DNA of 64,000 bases from an uncultured Spirochaetota bacterium (GCA_963835575.1 CAWIGG010000004.1:896001-960000), one strand, 5' to 3'; shown: positions 8,682 to 18,096, counted from the stretch's first letter. Numbers and translations: made by a program. Notes: a model not told the origin generated them from the sequence alone.

Positions 8682-11600
8682 TTATTCCATTATCTCATCT
8701 ATTTTCCCCATCACCCGTTCAGTCTCCACAAGAGCGGCAATTATCCGCTGGTAGTGTAAGATTTCGTCAAATGTTAAAGTGCGCCCTTTCCTGTCCTTCA
8801 GCCACTTCTGCGCGGGCTGGTAGCCGCCGATGTAGAACTCCCAGCTGATTCGGGAACTCCTCCGAAGAATTGCTTTTTATTGATCCATACTTTGCCATAA
8901 TTTTTAACCTTAGATTTTACCTGTTCTTTCTCAAAAATCACTTTTTCCACTTCATTATTCCCCGTTTCGGGATAAGCGGTAATTAAATTTTCAAGCAGCG
9001 GAGATTCCATCAGATGTAATTTCCTCAATACGGCCCCTTTTTCCGCAAGTTTAAAAAATATTTTAGCGCTTTCAGGATACGGTATTCGCGGAAAGTCTAT
9101 TTTTAAGAATTCCTTATATTTTTCCCGGTAGGAAGGCGAATGGAGTACGGCATAAATATAGTCGAGAATGTCCAGCGGGGTAAAGTATTTCTTCGCTCCT
9201 TTAGTTTTTTGAATAGAATCATTGTCATCTTCTTCCTTGAATTCCAGCCCAATTTTCCCGGCGATAGCATTCACGATTTCCATGTTTAGGTTAGGACGGC
9301 GATGTTCCGAAAAGCGACGATTCGAATCGTCGCTTTTCGCTTCGAAATCAAATTCCCCATCGTCGTCGTAGAGGTAGAGAGGAAATATTTTACAATTATC
9401 AAATGGCGAAACGCCATCCTTATCAACAATTTTATTTGAAATGAAATAATTAGTAACATTACCTCTTCTTGAATTTCTAATTGCTAATAGACATATATTT
9501 TCTTTTAACATATTATTCATTAATGGGCTTCGTGGATAGGCCATAAAACCCTTACTTTTTCCAGTAAAATAAGTATACCTATCATCAAAAGGATGGTATA
9601 GTACATTATTTTCGACCCCATTATTATTCTTTATATCATCCATAGCCCATTTAATAGACCAATCTCTTCCATCTTCACCCAAATTATACTTATATCTTAT
9701 CTCCTCTGTTGACAATTGTTTTAAATCAATAATAATTTTTAATAATTCTTCCTTAGAAAAAGAATAAACTAGATTATCCCTTTTAGTTTGTATTCCAGTA
9801 TTATTTGAAATAAATATTGATTCAATATTAAGTCCTTTATTATATTCTTCATCCAATCTAAAATCTTTTGGTACAAAAAAACAATACGGTTCAACAGGGT
9901 CAAGCTTCAACCATTTCAAAGATAAAATATTACTATTCCAGAGTTTATCATACTTAACCTCCCGTTCACCAAATACATCAAAATGAAAAACAGAAGATAA
10001 TTCTTTTTTCTTTCCACCATTCTTTACAAAAATATTGATTGATACCCCTTGCTGGATATCGAAAACATTTTCATCCTTGCTTCCATCCGGTGAAGTTTCT
10101 TTTTTCTTTGAATTTCCATGGAGATCATAAATATAAATTTTATCGAAAGTTTCCATCAGGTGCTTGCGCATCTGCCGGTGTGTAATGCCGTCGATATAGG
10201 AATTGTTTGTGATCATTGCCACAATACCCTGGCCGTTTTTCTCGATAAAATGCTCGGCATAGCGGATAAATTTTATATAATCGTCGTCAAGATTCAGTTT
10301 CTTCTCATTCAATCCTTCCTTATAGCACTTTATCTGGGAACGTATCCAATCGCCGGTATTGCTGGAACTGACGCTGTACGGAGGATTGCCGACCACGACC
10401 ATGACGGGCATATCCTCCTTGACCTTATTCGCTTCCTTCGCCTCAAAGGAAAGCCACTGCGCGAAAGTGGTGTTGATTGTGGCTCCCGGCTTTTCCAGGC
10501 TGTTGGTCAGGTAAATTCCCAGGCGGGGGGATCGGTCGGTAAAAGTGTAGCCGGTTTCCTGGAAAATGAATTCCATCTTGAGGTGGCACATCGCGTAGCT
10601 TGCCATCAGGATTTCGAAGCCATGCAGGCGGGGAAGAAGATGCTCGTCCACATAGCCGTTCCAGACGCCTTTCTGGGATTCGAAGCTTTTATAAATCCGC
10701 CTGATAATTTCAGCGAGGAAAGTCCCTGTGCCGGCAGCCGGGTCTAAAATCTGCACCCGGTGGGATTCAATCTTAAATAATCCCCCCGCGATGTTTTCAT
10801 GTTCCACCTCGACTTTTGAAGTATCAGCCAAGCCCATCTTAAGGCCGAATTCGGATTTCAGAATATCGTCCACGGCGCGTACAATAAAACTCACAACAGG
10901 TTCGGGGGTATAATAAACCCCGCGCGATTTCCGCTGGGCGGGATCGTACTCGGCAAGGAATGTCTCATAAAAATGGATTACCGGGTCATGACGGGCGGTC
11001 GCGTCTCCAAAGTCTGCCATAATCTTATTCAAGTCACACGCGAGGAATAGATCGGCCAGCGCGTCTACAATCCAGTCGATGCTGTTGTCCAGTTCGGGTC
11101 CGGCCACATAAGAGAAAAAATTCCTGAGAAATAGATTGGATTTCGGAACGAGGAATAAGGCTTCCTGACGGGAAAAAGTTTCCATTGTTTTATCATGAAT
11201 CCTCGCGGCGAATAGGCCGTATGCTACCGTCTGAGAGTAAATATCGGCAAATTGATGTTCGGTCATATCATGAATCAGTACTCTCTTAAATGACTGGTAC
11301 TGGCTGTAAAGGGTATTGGACGAATCACCGGAGTGATCCGGTTTTTGAAGCGTTAACGCATTATAAATAATATCACGCATCAATCGCGCCTTGTCTGCCA
11401 TCATCCGGGCGAGCTTTTCCGCGGATGTAATAGTCTGGCCCCTGTAATCACAGAAATCTCGGATCATATCCTCAAAAACAGGCCAGTCTTTTTCACAGGG
11501 TTTAAGTTTGCCGCCTTCGATTTCAGCGATTCGAGCCGTCATTTCTTTTTGCCCTGCGCGGAAAAGCCGGAATTCCAGGTAATCTGTCAGGATAAGATTG

Positions 11601-11890
11601 TCAAGGCTTTCAAGGTATTTTTTAAGCTGATCGTCTTTCTCACTTTTATCAAGCGAAATACCAATATCTTTTGTTTCAACATAACCGACTGGTATTTCTT
11701 TCCGGGTGATAATCAAATCTGGCGCGCCGCATTCCTGGCGTCTGGGTTCATTTGTTACTTTTATTTCAGGTATAATGCTTTCAATCAGCCCTTCAAGATC
11801 GGAACAATAACTGTGCTCGGTAGCAATTCCATCATTAAAAAGCCTTTTTATATTTGAAAAATAATCAGCTATCGTCATAATATACCTCAA
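8682..11890 (-). pseudogene. Type IIG/ISP-like restriction endonuclease-N6-adenine methyltransferase fusion, frameshifted near the 3' end
   Basis: N-terminal PD..ETK nuclease motif, GVYYTP, ILDPAAGTGTF, GNPPYS, EFLKIDFPRIP. The family-typical tail WEFYIGGYQPAQKWLKDRKGR...IDEIME* lies in another frame at 8843-8682. Confidence 0.8.
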
Positions 11891-12078
11891 ATAATTATAA
11901 TTACAAATTAATATATTATAACAAATTAAAGATTTAAATCAAAACTTTCATTTGTATTTTTATTTCTTTATAACCATTGCACTCCGTTTTCTTCTCTGAA
12001 AGTCCGGGAAAGCCTTTTGATTTTTCCTGATGCTCACTTTGCTGAAGCCAACGGAGCGGCCAGCCAGTTCTCCGTTCT

Positions 12079-12175
12079 TCCGTTCCCGAGGCCATTTTCC
12101 TCCTGGCCATAATCTGAACATAAATCAACTCAATTTAAAGTCGTGTTATCTGTTAACATTATAATAGAAGAGAGG
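12079..12175. repeat. Direct repeat block A, copy 1 (partner 13489-13582)
   Basis: tccgttcccgaggccattttcctc(c/t)tggccataatctgaacat ... ttataatagaagagagg is shared with the partner. Confidence 0.85.
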
Positions 12176-12299
12176 CAAATGTTTTTGACATAGCCTGCCC
12201 CCGATCCAATCGAGAGGATGTCAAAACCGATGCATAAAGCCATCGGCACATAAAGGAATTTTGTTTATTATTTTTTTCTCATCATCGTTCCCCGGCGGG

Positions 12300-12619
12300 G
12301 GCAGAGAGTGAACTTTTCTGGATGCGTCACTTCATTAATTATGGAATTGTAATACAGAGCATCGCGCAGAGGGCTTAGTTTTGCCCGTGACCGGCCGGCT
12401 TGAACGCGCGGAATGTCCGAGCATACCCATTGTCCATAAATTCGAAATCAAGACAGACTAATAAAGAATATTTGATAAATTACTTTCAATGGGTGTGCGA
12501 GTTCCGAGCGTGCGGCCGGGAGCGGATGCAAAACTAGCACTCGAAGCGAATGCGTTCTTTAGTCTGAAATTATGAGAAAATGATTAAATATCAGCGTCCA
12601 GAAAAGTTCACTATCTACC
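12300..12619. mobile_element. ~320-bp non-coding fold-back element (MITE-like)
   Basis: 26-bp terminal inverted repeats (23/26 match) plus long internal imperfect arms at 12359-12432 and 12487-12553. Confidence 0.65.
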
Positions 12620-12681
12620 TTTGCCTATCGCTGGGGGACAATCTGCAGTGTGGCACAGCGCCAGCAGTGCCTCCTTTTCCC

Positions 12682-12788
12682 TTCTTTTCGAAAAGAAAGA
12701 AATATCGTAATTCCCCCGGCAGCCTGTCGGAATAATAATCCCCAATAGCTTAATAAAAAGAAAAGACGTTGACCCTTCAGCCAGAAGG
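12682..12788. repeat. Direct repeat block B, copy 1 (partner 13809-13914)
   Basis: ttcttttcgaaaagaaagaaatatcgtaattcccccggcag...aaaagacgttga is nearly identical in both copies. Confidence 0.9.
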
Positions 12789-12879
12789 CGATGCCCTTTT
12801 GACCTTGCAAAAGAAAGTGAACAAAATCCCCCGGCAATCGTTGCCGGTCTGCGCAGCCGCATTGCACCTTTTTATTATC

Positions 12880-13095
12880 TTAAATATTATCTTTAAACTC
12901 GGATAGAGTGATATTGGCCTGTCTGAGAATACTGCGGAAAGTACCTTCAGGAATTTCTTTCTTATCCATCGGTAATATGACAATGTTCCCTTTTCCATTC
13001 TTATATTTTGCGTGGGAACCTTTTTGAGAAATAAAAGAAAATCCCAATCTTTCCAGGACTGATGAGATTACTCTTGATGAGTAAAGCTTAGACAT
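12880..13095 (-). CDS. hicA: HicA-family toxin
   Basis: 71 aa; LERLGF..SQKGSHAKY and EIPEGTFRSILRQA. Confidence 0.85.
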   Translation of the reverse strand: MSKLYSSRVISSVLERLGFSFISQKGSHAKYKNGKGNIVILPMDKKEIPEGTFRSILRQANITLSEFKDNI

Positions 13096-13294
13096 GGACC
13101 TTTTCCCTTCCGATGAAAACCTGGTCTACTTCAGGGAATTCCTTATCCTCATTTTCAAAATAAAGTTCAACAGCCTCTTTAAGATTAGTAACAGCCTCGT
13201 CTGAATTATTTCCAAAAGAGGAAACATCCACATTCAAACACTGTGAAACATAATATTGGCCTTCATGCCAGACAACATATTCGATTTCTTTCAT
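13088..13294 (-). CDS. hicB: Short HicB-family antitoxin without a DNA-binding domain
   Basis: YVSQC..VSSFG..EAVTNLKEAVELYFE; overlaps hicA; start moved to the ATG at 13294 after a GAGG RBS. Confidence 0.85.
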   Translation of the reverse strand: MKEIEYVVWHEGQYYVSQCLNVDVSSFGNNSDEAVTNLKEAVELYFENEDKEFPEVDQVFIGREKVHV

Positions 13295-13488
13295 AATAGA
13301 GCCTCTCTTTAAAAAAAGAATAAAGGTAATTAAGCGTAAAATCAAGTTTTAAAGTATTCGTTTATTTTTGTATAACAGACAGGAATGTCTGTTATACCGG
13401 ATTAACCGGCGCCAATTCCCATCTTTAAAAAGAATGTTTTATCATAAATAAAATGAATAAGAATTAAAAAAAGCTGTTCGGCAAATTG

Positions 13489-13582
13489 TCCGTTCCCGAG
13501 GCCATTTTCCTCTTGGCCATAATCTGAACATCAAATATCTCGATATAAAGTTGTGGCATCCGCTATTATAATAGAAGAGAGG
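13489..13582. repeat. Direct repeat block A, copy 2
   Basis: Matches 12079-12175. Confidence 0.85.
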
Positions 13583-13629
13583 AAGCACATGCTTGCGGCA
13601 GGGACGCCGCAACCGCCGCATAAAGCCAC

Positions 13630-13673
13630 GCCCAGCACCACTTTGATTGCCTGTCCTCAAAGTGGTGCTGGGC
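13630..13673. repeat. Perfect 17-bp stem hairpin
   Basis: gcccagcaccactttga-N10-tcaaagtggtgctgggc. Confidence 0.85.
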
Positions 13674-13808
13674 AAGGATAGCGATTTAAGGCGGCTATTA
13701 TAGCAATGAACTGCTTATTAAAAAGCCGGATAACACACCTCCATACGGTCCGATAGCTTCGTATGAAAATGGCCTCGACCTGTTTTCTTTCTTTAGCGCG
13801 ATATTTCT

Positions 13809-13914
13809 TTCTTTTCGAAAAGAAAGAAATATCGTAATTCCCCCGGCAGTCTGTCGGACTAATAATCTCCAATAGTTTAGTAAAAAGAAAAGACGTTGAT
13901 CCTTAACCAGAGGC
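13809..13914. repeat. Direct repeat block B, copy 2
   Basis: Matches 12682-12788. Confidence 0.9.
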
Positions 13915-13954
13915 TATACATCTATTGGCCTAGTAAAAGTTAGTAAAAATGGCA

Positions 13955-15073
13955 TTACGCTAGTAAAAGCTTGATAGGCAGCGCCCCGTTCAACAACGCG
14001 ATTTCTTTGTTTGCTTTAAGCGAAAGCAAATGGACCGGCGCATCCGCCGGAACGAGCAGCGCGATGCGCCACGCCGAGAACCGCTCATGGATGACCCTGC
14101 CTATGTCTTTGAACAATGCGCTGATTCCGCTGCCCCCGATGCGTTCGCCGTAGGGCAGATTGGCGATCAGGAGACCGCCCGGCGCGGGAGGCGTCCACTC
14201 CTGGAAAGGCTTTACTGAAAATGCGATATACTTTTCAACACGGGCGCGCAGCGCGGAGGCGCGAGCCACGTCGACATACTTGGCGTTGATGTCCGAAGCA
14301 TAGATCGGCGCCGGCAGTTCGGACTTTTTAGCCGCGCGCAATTGATCGGAAACGCGGCGCCACAAAGGGCGGTCGAAACCGGCCAGGTGCTCCAGGGCAA
14401 AATCGTCTTTGCCCCGGTGAATGAGCGGCGCTTTATTCAGAGCGATATATGCCGCTTCGATGATAATGGTGCCGGAGCCGCACATCGGATCAAGGAGCGG
14501 TTCATTGCCGGTGTAGCCTGCCAGAAGCAGGATCGAAGCGGCCAGTGTCTCTTTCAAAACGGCCGGATGCCCGCCTGTACGCCAGCCGCGTTTATGAAGG
14601 GCGCGGCCCGCCGTGTCGATGCCGAGCGTGCAGGAACCGTTCCGGACGAATACAACGATGGTAATGGGCTCGTCGGCGTCGGGATCGAACCGGGGAGCGG
14701 ACTTTTCAAACGCGCTATTTTGTATCGATTGAACGATGGATGTAATAACCGCTTCCTCGCCCAACGCAATAGCTTGTTGATCGGTGAGGGCCGGCGCGAC
14801 CGTGAAAGGCTTATGCGAGCGCAGCCATTCCGGCCAGACGATCTTCTGCAGTTCCATCCTCAGATGTGTTATGTCAGGAGTGGCGAATTCCGCGACCACG
14901 CGCTGAATTCTGCTTGCTGTACGCAGTAACAAATGGGCGCGGTACGCGGTCTCCAGATCAGTGTCGAACGCTACGCCGCGGTGCAGTATATTCAGGTCTT
15001 TTATTCCAAGCCCGGCAAGTTCGGAAGCGAGCACATCGACAGTCTCGTGCGGGCATGTGGCAATCCATCTCAT
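13955..15073 (-). CDS. THUMP-domain SAM-dependent RNA methyltransferase (RlmL-like), copy 1
   Basis: LRTASR, LHKRGWR, LKETLAA, DPMCGSGT and NLPYGER motifs. Confidence 0.85.
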   Translation of the reverse strand: MRWIATCPHETVDVLASELAGLGIKDLNILHRGVAFDTDLETAYRAHLLLRTASRIQRVVAEFATPDITHLRMELQKIVWPEWLRSHKPFTVAPALTDQQAIALGEEAVITSIVQSIQNSAFEKSAPRFDPDADEPITIVVFVRNGSCTLGIDTAGRALHKRGWRTGGHPAVLKETLAASILLLAGYTGNEPLLDPMCGSGTIIIEAAYIALNKAPLIHRGKDDFALEHLAGFDRPLWRRVSDQLRAAKKSELPAPIYASDINAKYVDVARASALRARVEKYIAFSVKPFQEWTPPAPGGLLIANLPYGERIGGSGISALFKDIGRVIHERFSAWRIALLVPADAPVHLLSLKANKEIALLNGALPIKLLLA

Positions 15074-15206
15074 AAAGTTTGAGACCTCAACCGATTAGAT
15101 TTTGACAGGTCCGGCGATAGAGCGAAATTATGTTTAACGTCCTCGATAAGCGAAGCTGCCGAAGTTTTTACTAAAGCCGAGGTAAGTGAACAACTTTGTG
15201 ACTCTA

Positions 15207-15482
15207 TTACACTATCTCAATTTTTACTTTTTTTCCTAATGCCTTTGCGATACGTTCCAGGGATGATAATTTTAAATCTTCGGCATGGTTTTCCATTCTT
15301 GATATGGCGCTTTTTGTCGTGTGAATCCTGCCAGCTAAATCTTCCTGGGTTAATCCGTTTTTGATCCTCATTTCTTTCAACATCAATCCGATTTTAAAAT
15401 CATTGTAATTTTCATCATAGTTTTCAGCGAAAGAAGGATCGGATTTTTTCCTTTTATCGACGTATTTTTTTAAATCACTCAT
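15207..15482 (-). CDS. XRE/HTH antitoxin (HigA-like)
   Basis: GLTQEDLA...KSAISRMEN helix-turn-helix; ATGA overlap with the toxin gene. Confidence 0.85.
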   Translation of the reverse strand: MSDLKKYVDKRKKSDPSFAENYDENYNDFKIGLMLKEMRIKNGLTQEDLAGRIHTTKSAISRMENHAEDLKLSSLERIAKALGKKVKIEIV

Positions 15483-15829
15483 ATATTCCTCCGTAAATAA
15501 TCGGCTTTGTATTTTTCAGCCAGTTTGATTTCATTTTCAGGTGTTTTTTGGGTCTTTTTGGTAAAACCATTAGTTAATATAAACAGTGCGTTTTTATGAA
15601 AGAATCCTAATAATCTGTAAGTATCACTTCCCTGTTGAATCCTGACTTCGTAGATATTGTCAGTATTCACTAATTTTTTAAAATAGTTTTGCGGAATTTG
15701 ATCAAAGTCTTCAATAATCTGCAATACCCATGTAATTTTCCGGGCTGTTTTTCCCGGTAAAGAATCAAGATATTCTTCAACCGGACATTTTCCATCCTCG
15801 GTTTTATAAAAGTTAATGACTCTTTTCAT
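15479..15829 (-). CDS. RelE/ParE-superfamily toxin (HigB / phage Gp49-like)
   Basis: FYKTEDGKCPVEEYL, IYEVRI and GFTKKTQKTP motifs; toxin-first gene order. Confidence 0.85.
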   Translation of the reverse strand: MKRVINFYKTEDGKCPVEEYLDSLPGKTARKITWVLQIIEDFDQIPQNYFKKLVNTDNIYEVRIQQGSDTYRLLGFFHKNALFILTNGFTKKTQKTPENEIKLAEKYKADYLRRNI

Positions 15830-15834
15830 ATTAT

Positions 15835-15863
15835 ATGTTAGCATACATGTGAACATTAGTCAA
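15835..15863 (-). promoter_or_regulatory. Sigma70-like promoter of the TA operon with an overlapping imperfect palindrome
   Basis: TTGACT-N17-TAACAT lies 5 nt before the ATG with no RBS; TGTTCACAT-GT-ATGCTAACA is an operator-like inverted repeat. Confidence 0.55.
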
Positions 15864-15952
15864 TAGCATTTATAGCAATCTTGTATCAGGTTATCGTTTA
15901 ACTAGCGACATTAATGAGTTATTGTTTTATGGGTTTTAAGATTGACCAAAAG

Positions 15953-16111
15953 ATAATCCTGTAAATCCTGTGTTATCCTATAAATCCTGCCGAATTGGGG
16001 TCAGTATAATTAAGATATTCTAATTTTCAATTTCCGGCAGGATATGAAGAAATCATCTGATCTGTGCGAATCCGCATAATCTGTGTCATCCGCGTGCAGA
16101 ATCGGATATTA
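15953..16111. repeat. ~9-nt-period repeat arms in the opposite orientation to 6691-6890
   Basis: aatcctgta-aatcctgtg-ttatcctata-aatcctgcc and atctgtgcg-aatccgcat-aatctgtgt-catccgcgtg. The reverse complement of 16078-16111 matches 6691-6724 at 29/34. Confidence 0.75.
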
Positions 16112-16138
16112 TATAAAAGAGGTGTTAATAATAATCTA

Positions 16139-17257
16139 TTATGAAACCAGCAGCTTTACCGGTAATGCCCCGTTCAACAACGCGATTTCTTTGTTTGCTT
16201 TAAGCGAAAGCAAATGGACCGGCGCATCCGCCGGAACGAGCAGCGCGATGCGCCACGCCGAGAACCGCTCATGGATGACCCTGCCTATGTCTTTGAACAA
16301 TGCGCTGATTCCGCCGCCCCCGATGCGTTCGCCGTAGGGCAGATTGGCGATCAAGAGACCGCCCGGCGCGGGAGGCGACCACTCCTGGAAAGGCTTTACT
16401 GAAAATGAAATATACTTTTCAACACGGGCGCGCAGTGCGGAGGCGCGAGCCACGTCGACATATTTGGCGTTGATGTCCGAGGCATAGATCGGCGCCGGCA
16501 GGGCGGACCTTTTAGCCGCGCGTAATTGATCGGAAACGCGGCGCCACAAAGGGCGGTCGAAACCGGCCAGGTGTTCCAGGGCAAAATCGTCTTTGCCGCG
16601 GTGAATGAGCGGCGCTTTATTGAGCGCGATATACGCCGCTTCGATGATAATGGTGCCGGAGCCGCACATCGGATCAAGGAGCGGTTCATTGCCGGTGTAG
16701 CCTGCCAGAAGCAGGATCGAAGCGGCCAGTGTCTCTTTCAAAACGGCCGGATGCCCGCCTGTACGCCAGCCGCGTTTATGAAGGGCGCGGCCCGCCGTGT
16801 CGATGCCGAGCGTGCAGGAACCGTTCCGGACGAATACAACGATGGTAATGGGCTCGTCGGCGTCGGGATCGAACCGGGGAGCAGACTTTTCAAACGCGCT
16901 ACTCAATATCGATTGAACGACGGATGTAATGACCGCTTCCTCGCCCAACGCAAGAGCCAGTTGATCGGTGAGGGCCGGCGCGACGGTGAAAGGCTTGTGC
17001 GGCCTCAGCCACTCCGGCCAGACGATCTTCTGCAGTTCCATCCTCAGATGTGTTATGTCAGGAGTGGCGAATTCCGCGACTACACGCTGAATTCTGCTTG
17101 CTGTACGCAGTAACAAATGGGCGCGGTACGCGGTTTCCAGATCAGTGTCGAACGCTACGCCGCGGTGCAGTATATTCAGGTCTTTTATTCCAAGCCCGGC
17201 AAGTTCGGAAGCGAGCACATCGACAGTTTCGTGCGGGCATGTGGCAATCCATTTCAT
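16139..17257 (-). CDS. THUMP-domain SAM-dependent RNA methyltransferase (RlmL-like), copy 2
   Basis: About 15 amino-acid differences from copy 1 over 372 aa (manual count). Confidence 0.85.
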   Translation of the reverse strand: MKWIATCPHETVDVLASELAGLGIKDLNILHRGVAFDTDLETAYRAHLLLRTASRIQRVVAEFATPDITHLRMELQKIVWPEWLRPHKPFTVAPALTDQLALALGEEAVITSVVQSILSSAFEKSAPRFDPDADEPITIVVFVRNGSCTLGIDTAGRALHKRGWRTGGHPAVLKETLAASILLLAGYTGNEPLLDPMCGSGTIIIEAAYIALNKAPLIHRGKDDFALEHLAGFDRPLWRRVSDQLRAAKRSALPAPIYASDINAKYVDVARASALRARVEKYISFSVKPFQEWSPPAPGGLLIANLPYGERIGGGGISALFKDIGRVIHERFSAWRIALLVPADAPVHLLSLKANKEIALLNGALPVKLLVS

Positions 17258-17295
17258 AAAGTCCGGTACCTCAACCAATAAAATTTTGAGGTCCG

Positions 17296-17343
17296 GCCTA
17301 ACGAAGCAGGTCGGACCCGAAGAAAAGAGCCGCCGTTAGCGGC
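17296..17343 (-). other. Possible degenerate attC-like site
   Basis: The minus strand reads GCCGCTAAC-N32-GTTAGGC just after the stop of the 17354-17989 gene; internal symmetry is poor. Confidence 0.3.
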
Positions 17344-17353
17344 AGTACTGTCT

Positions 17354-17989
17354 CTATTTTAAAGAATTATATATGTCATCCAGTTCTTTAAAATTATACT
17401 TGTCAATGAATAATGATTTGTATTCGTTATAGTATTTATTCGCTTCTGCTATATTTCCAATTTTCTTTAATAAAAAAGAATATGCAAGTTTATGTTGAAT
17501 GTAATTATGAAAACCAAATCGAATGAATTTTCTATTGATTTTTTCTAAAAATAAAATATCTAAATCTTTTAAATGATGTATTCTTGAATAAAATGATTCA
17601 CTTTCATTTATTATAATAGAAATAATATCTTTTGTTCTTTTAATTAAATCTTTTTCACTTTTATATTCAAATAATGAAATTGTGCACTCTTTCGGTTCTT
17701 TATAATCTAATTGATCAATGTAAAAATCGTTTATATCTGCAGACTTTATTGTTTTATGCCATTTAAGCTTACCGTTGAAACTGGGGCAAAAATTTAATGA
17801 AACTCCCCAAAGAAAAGCTTTTGACATACTTTTTAGAGAGTATGCCGTAATACCTTTCATAAATTCATTATTATCTTCTTTAATCCACTTATAATCTTTG
17901 GTATGAATATATCCAAGTTTTAATAAATCTTGTGTTATGGTGTTATTTATAATTTCATTAAAAACATCTGTTTTATCATGATAACCCAT
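17354..17989 (-). CDS. Hypothetical protein, very AT-rich
   Basis: 211-aa ORF with a GGGAG RBS; composition differs sharply from the neighbours. Confidence 0.75.
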   Translation of the reverse strand: MGYHDKTDVFNEIINNTITQDLLKLGYIHTKDYKWIKEDNNEFMKGITAYSLKSMSKAFLWGVSLNFCPSFNGKLKWHKTIKSADINDFYIDQLDYKEPKECTISLFEYKSEKDLIKRTKDIISIIINESESFYSRIHHLKDLDILFLEKINRKFIRFGFHNYIQHKLAYSFLLKKIGNIAEANKYYNEYKSLFIDKYNFKELDDIYNSLK

Positions 17990-18058
17990 AAATTTCTCCC
18001 CGGAATTGCAAGCCGGCTTATTATAAACGAATTTTATTTTATAATATTTTTGGAATTC

Positions 18059-18096
18059 ATTCCATTCATCTTAATAAAGCAATATTTTACTGTCAA
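18059..18096 (-). promoter_or_regulatory. Duplicated sigma70-like promoter, copy 1
   Basis: TTGACA-N17-TAAGAT; 38-bp block nearly identical to 18835-18872. Confidence 0.65.

Noticed and set aside
12682..12870. c-di-GMP or other riboswitch in repeat block B
   Set aside because: Small hairpins are present, but I could not find the conserved GEMM motif order; an Rfam scan would be needed.
11934..13872. Short ORFs in the repeat blocks (11934-12128, 12611-12867, 13442-13675, 13657-13872)
   Set aside because: They are translations of repeated or palindromic non-coding DNA, and the frames are not preserved between copies.
13955..17257. Diversity-generating retroelement template/variable repeat pair
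   Set aside because: Both copies are full genes, the differences are not confined to adenines, and no reverse transcriptase is present.
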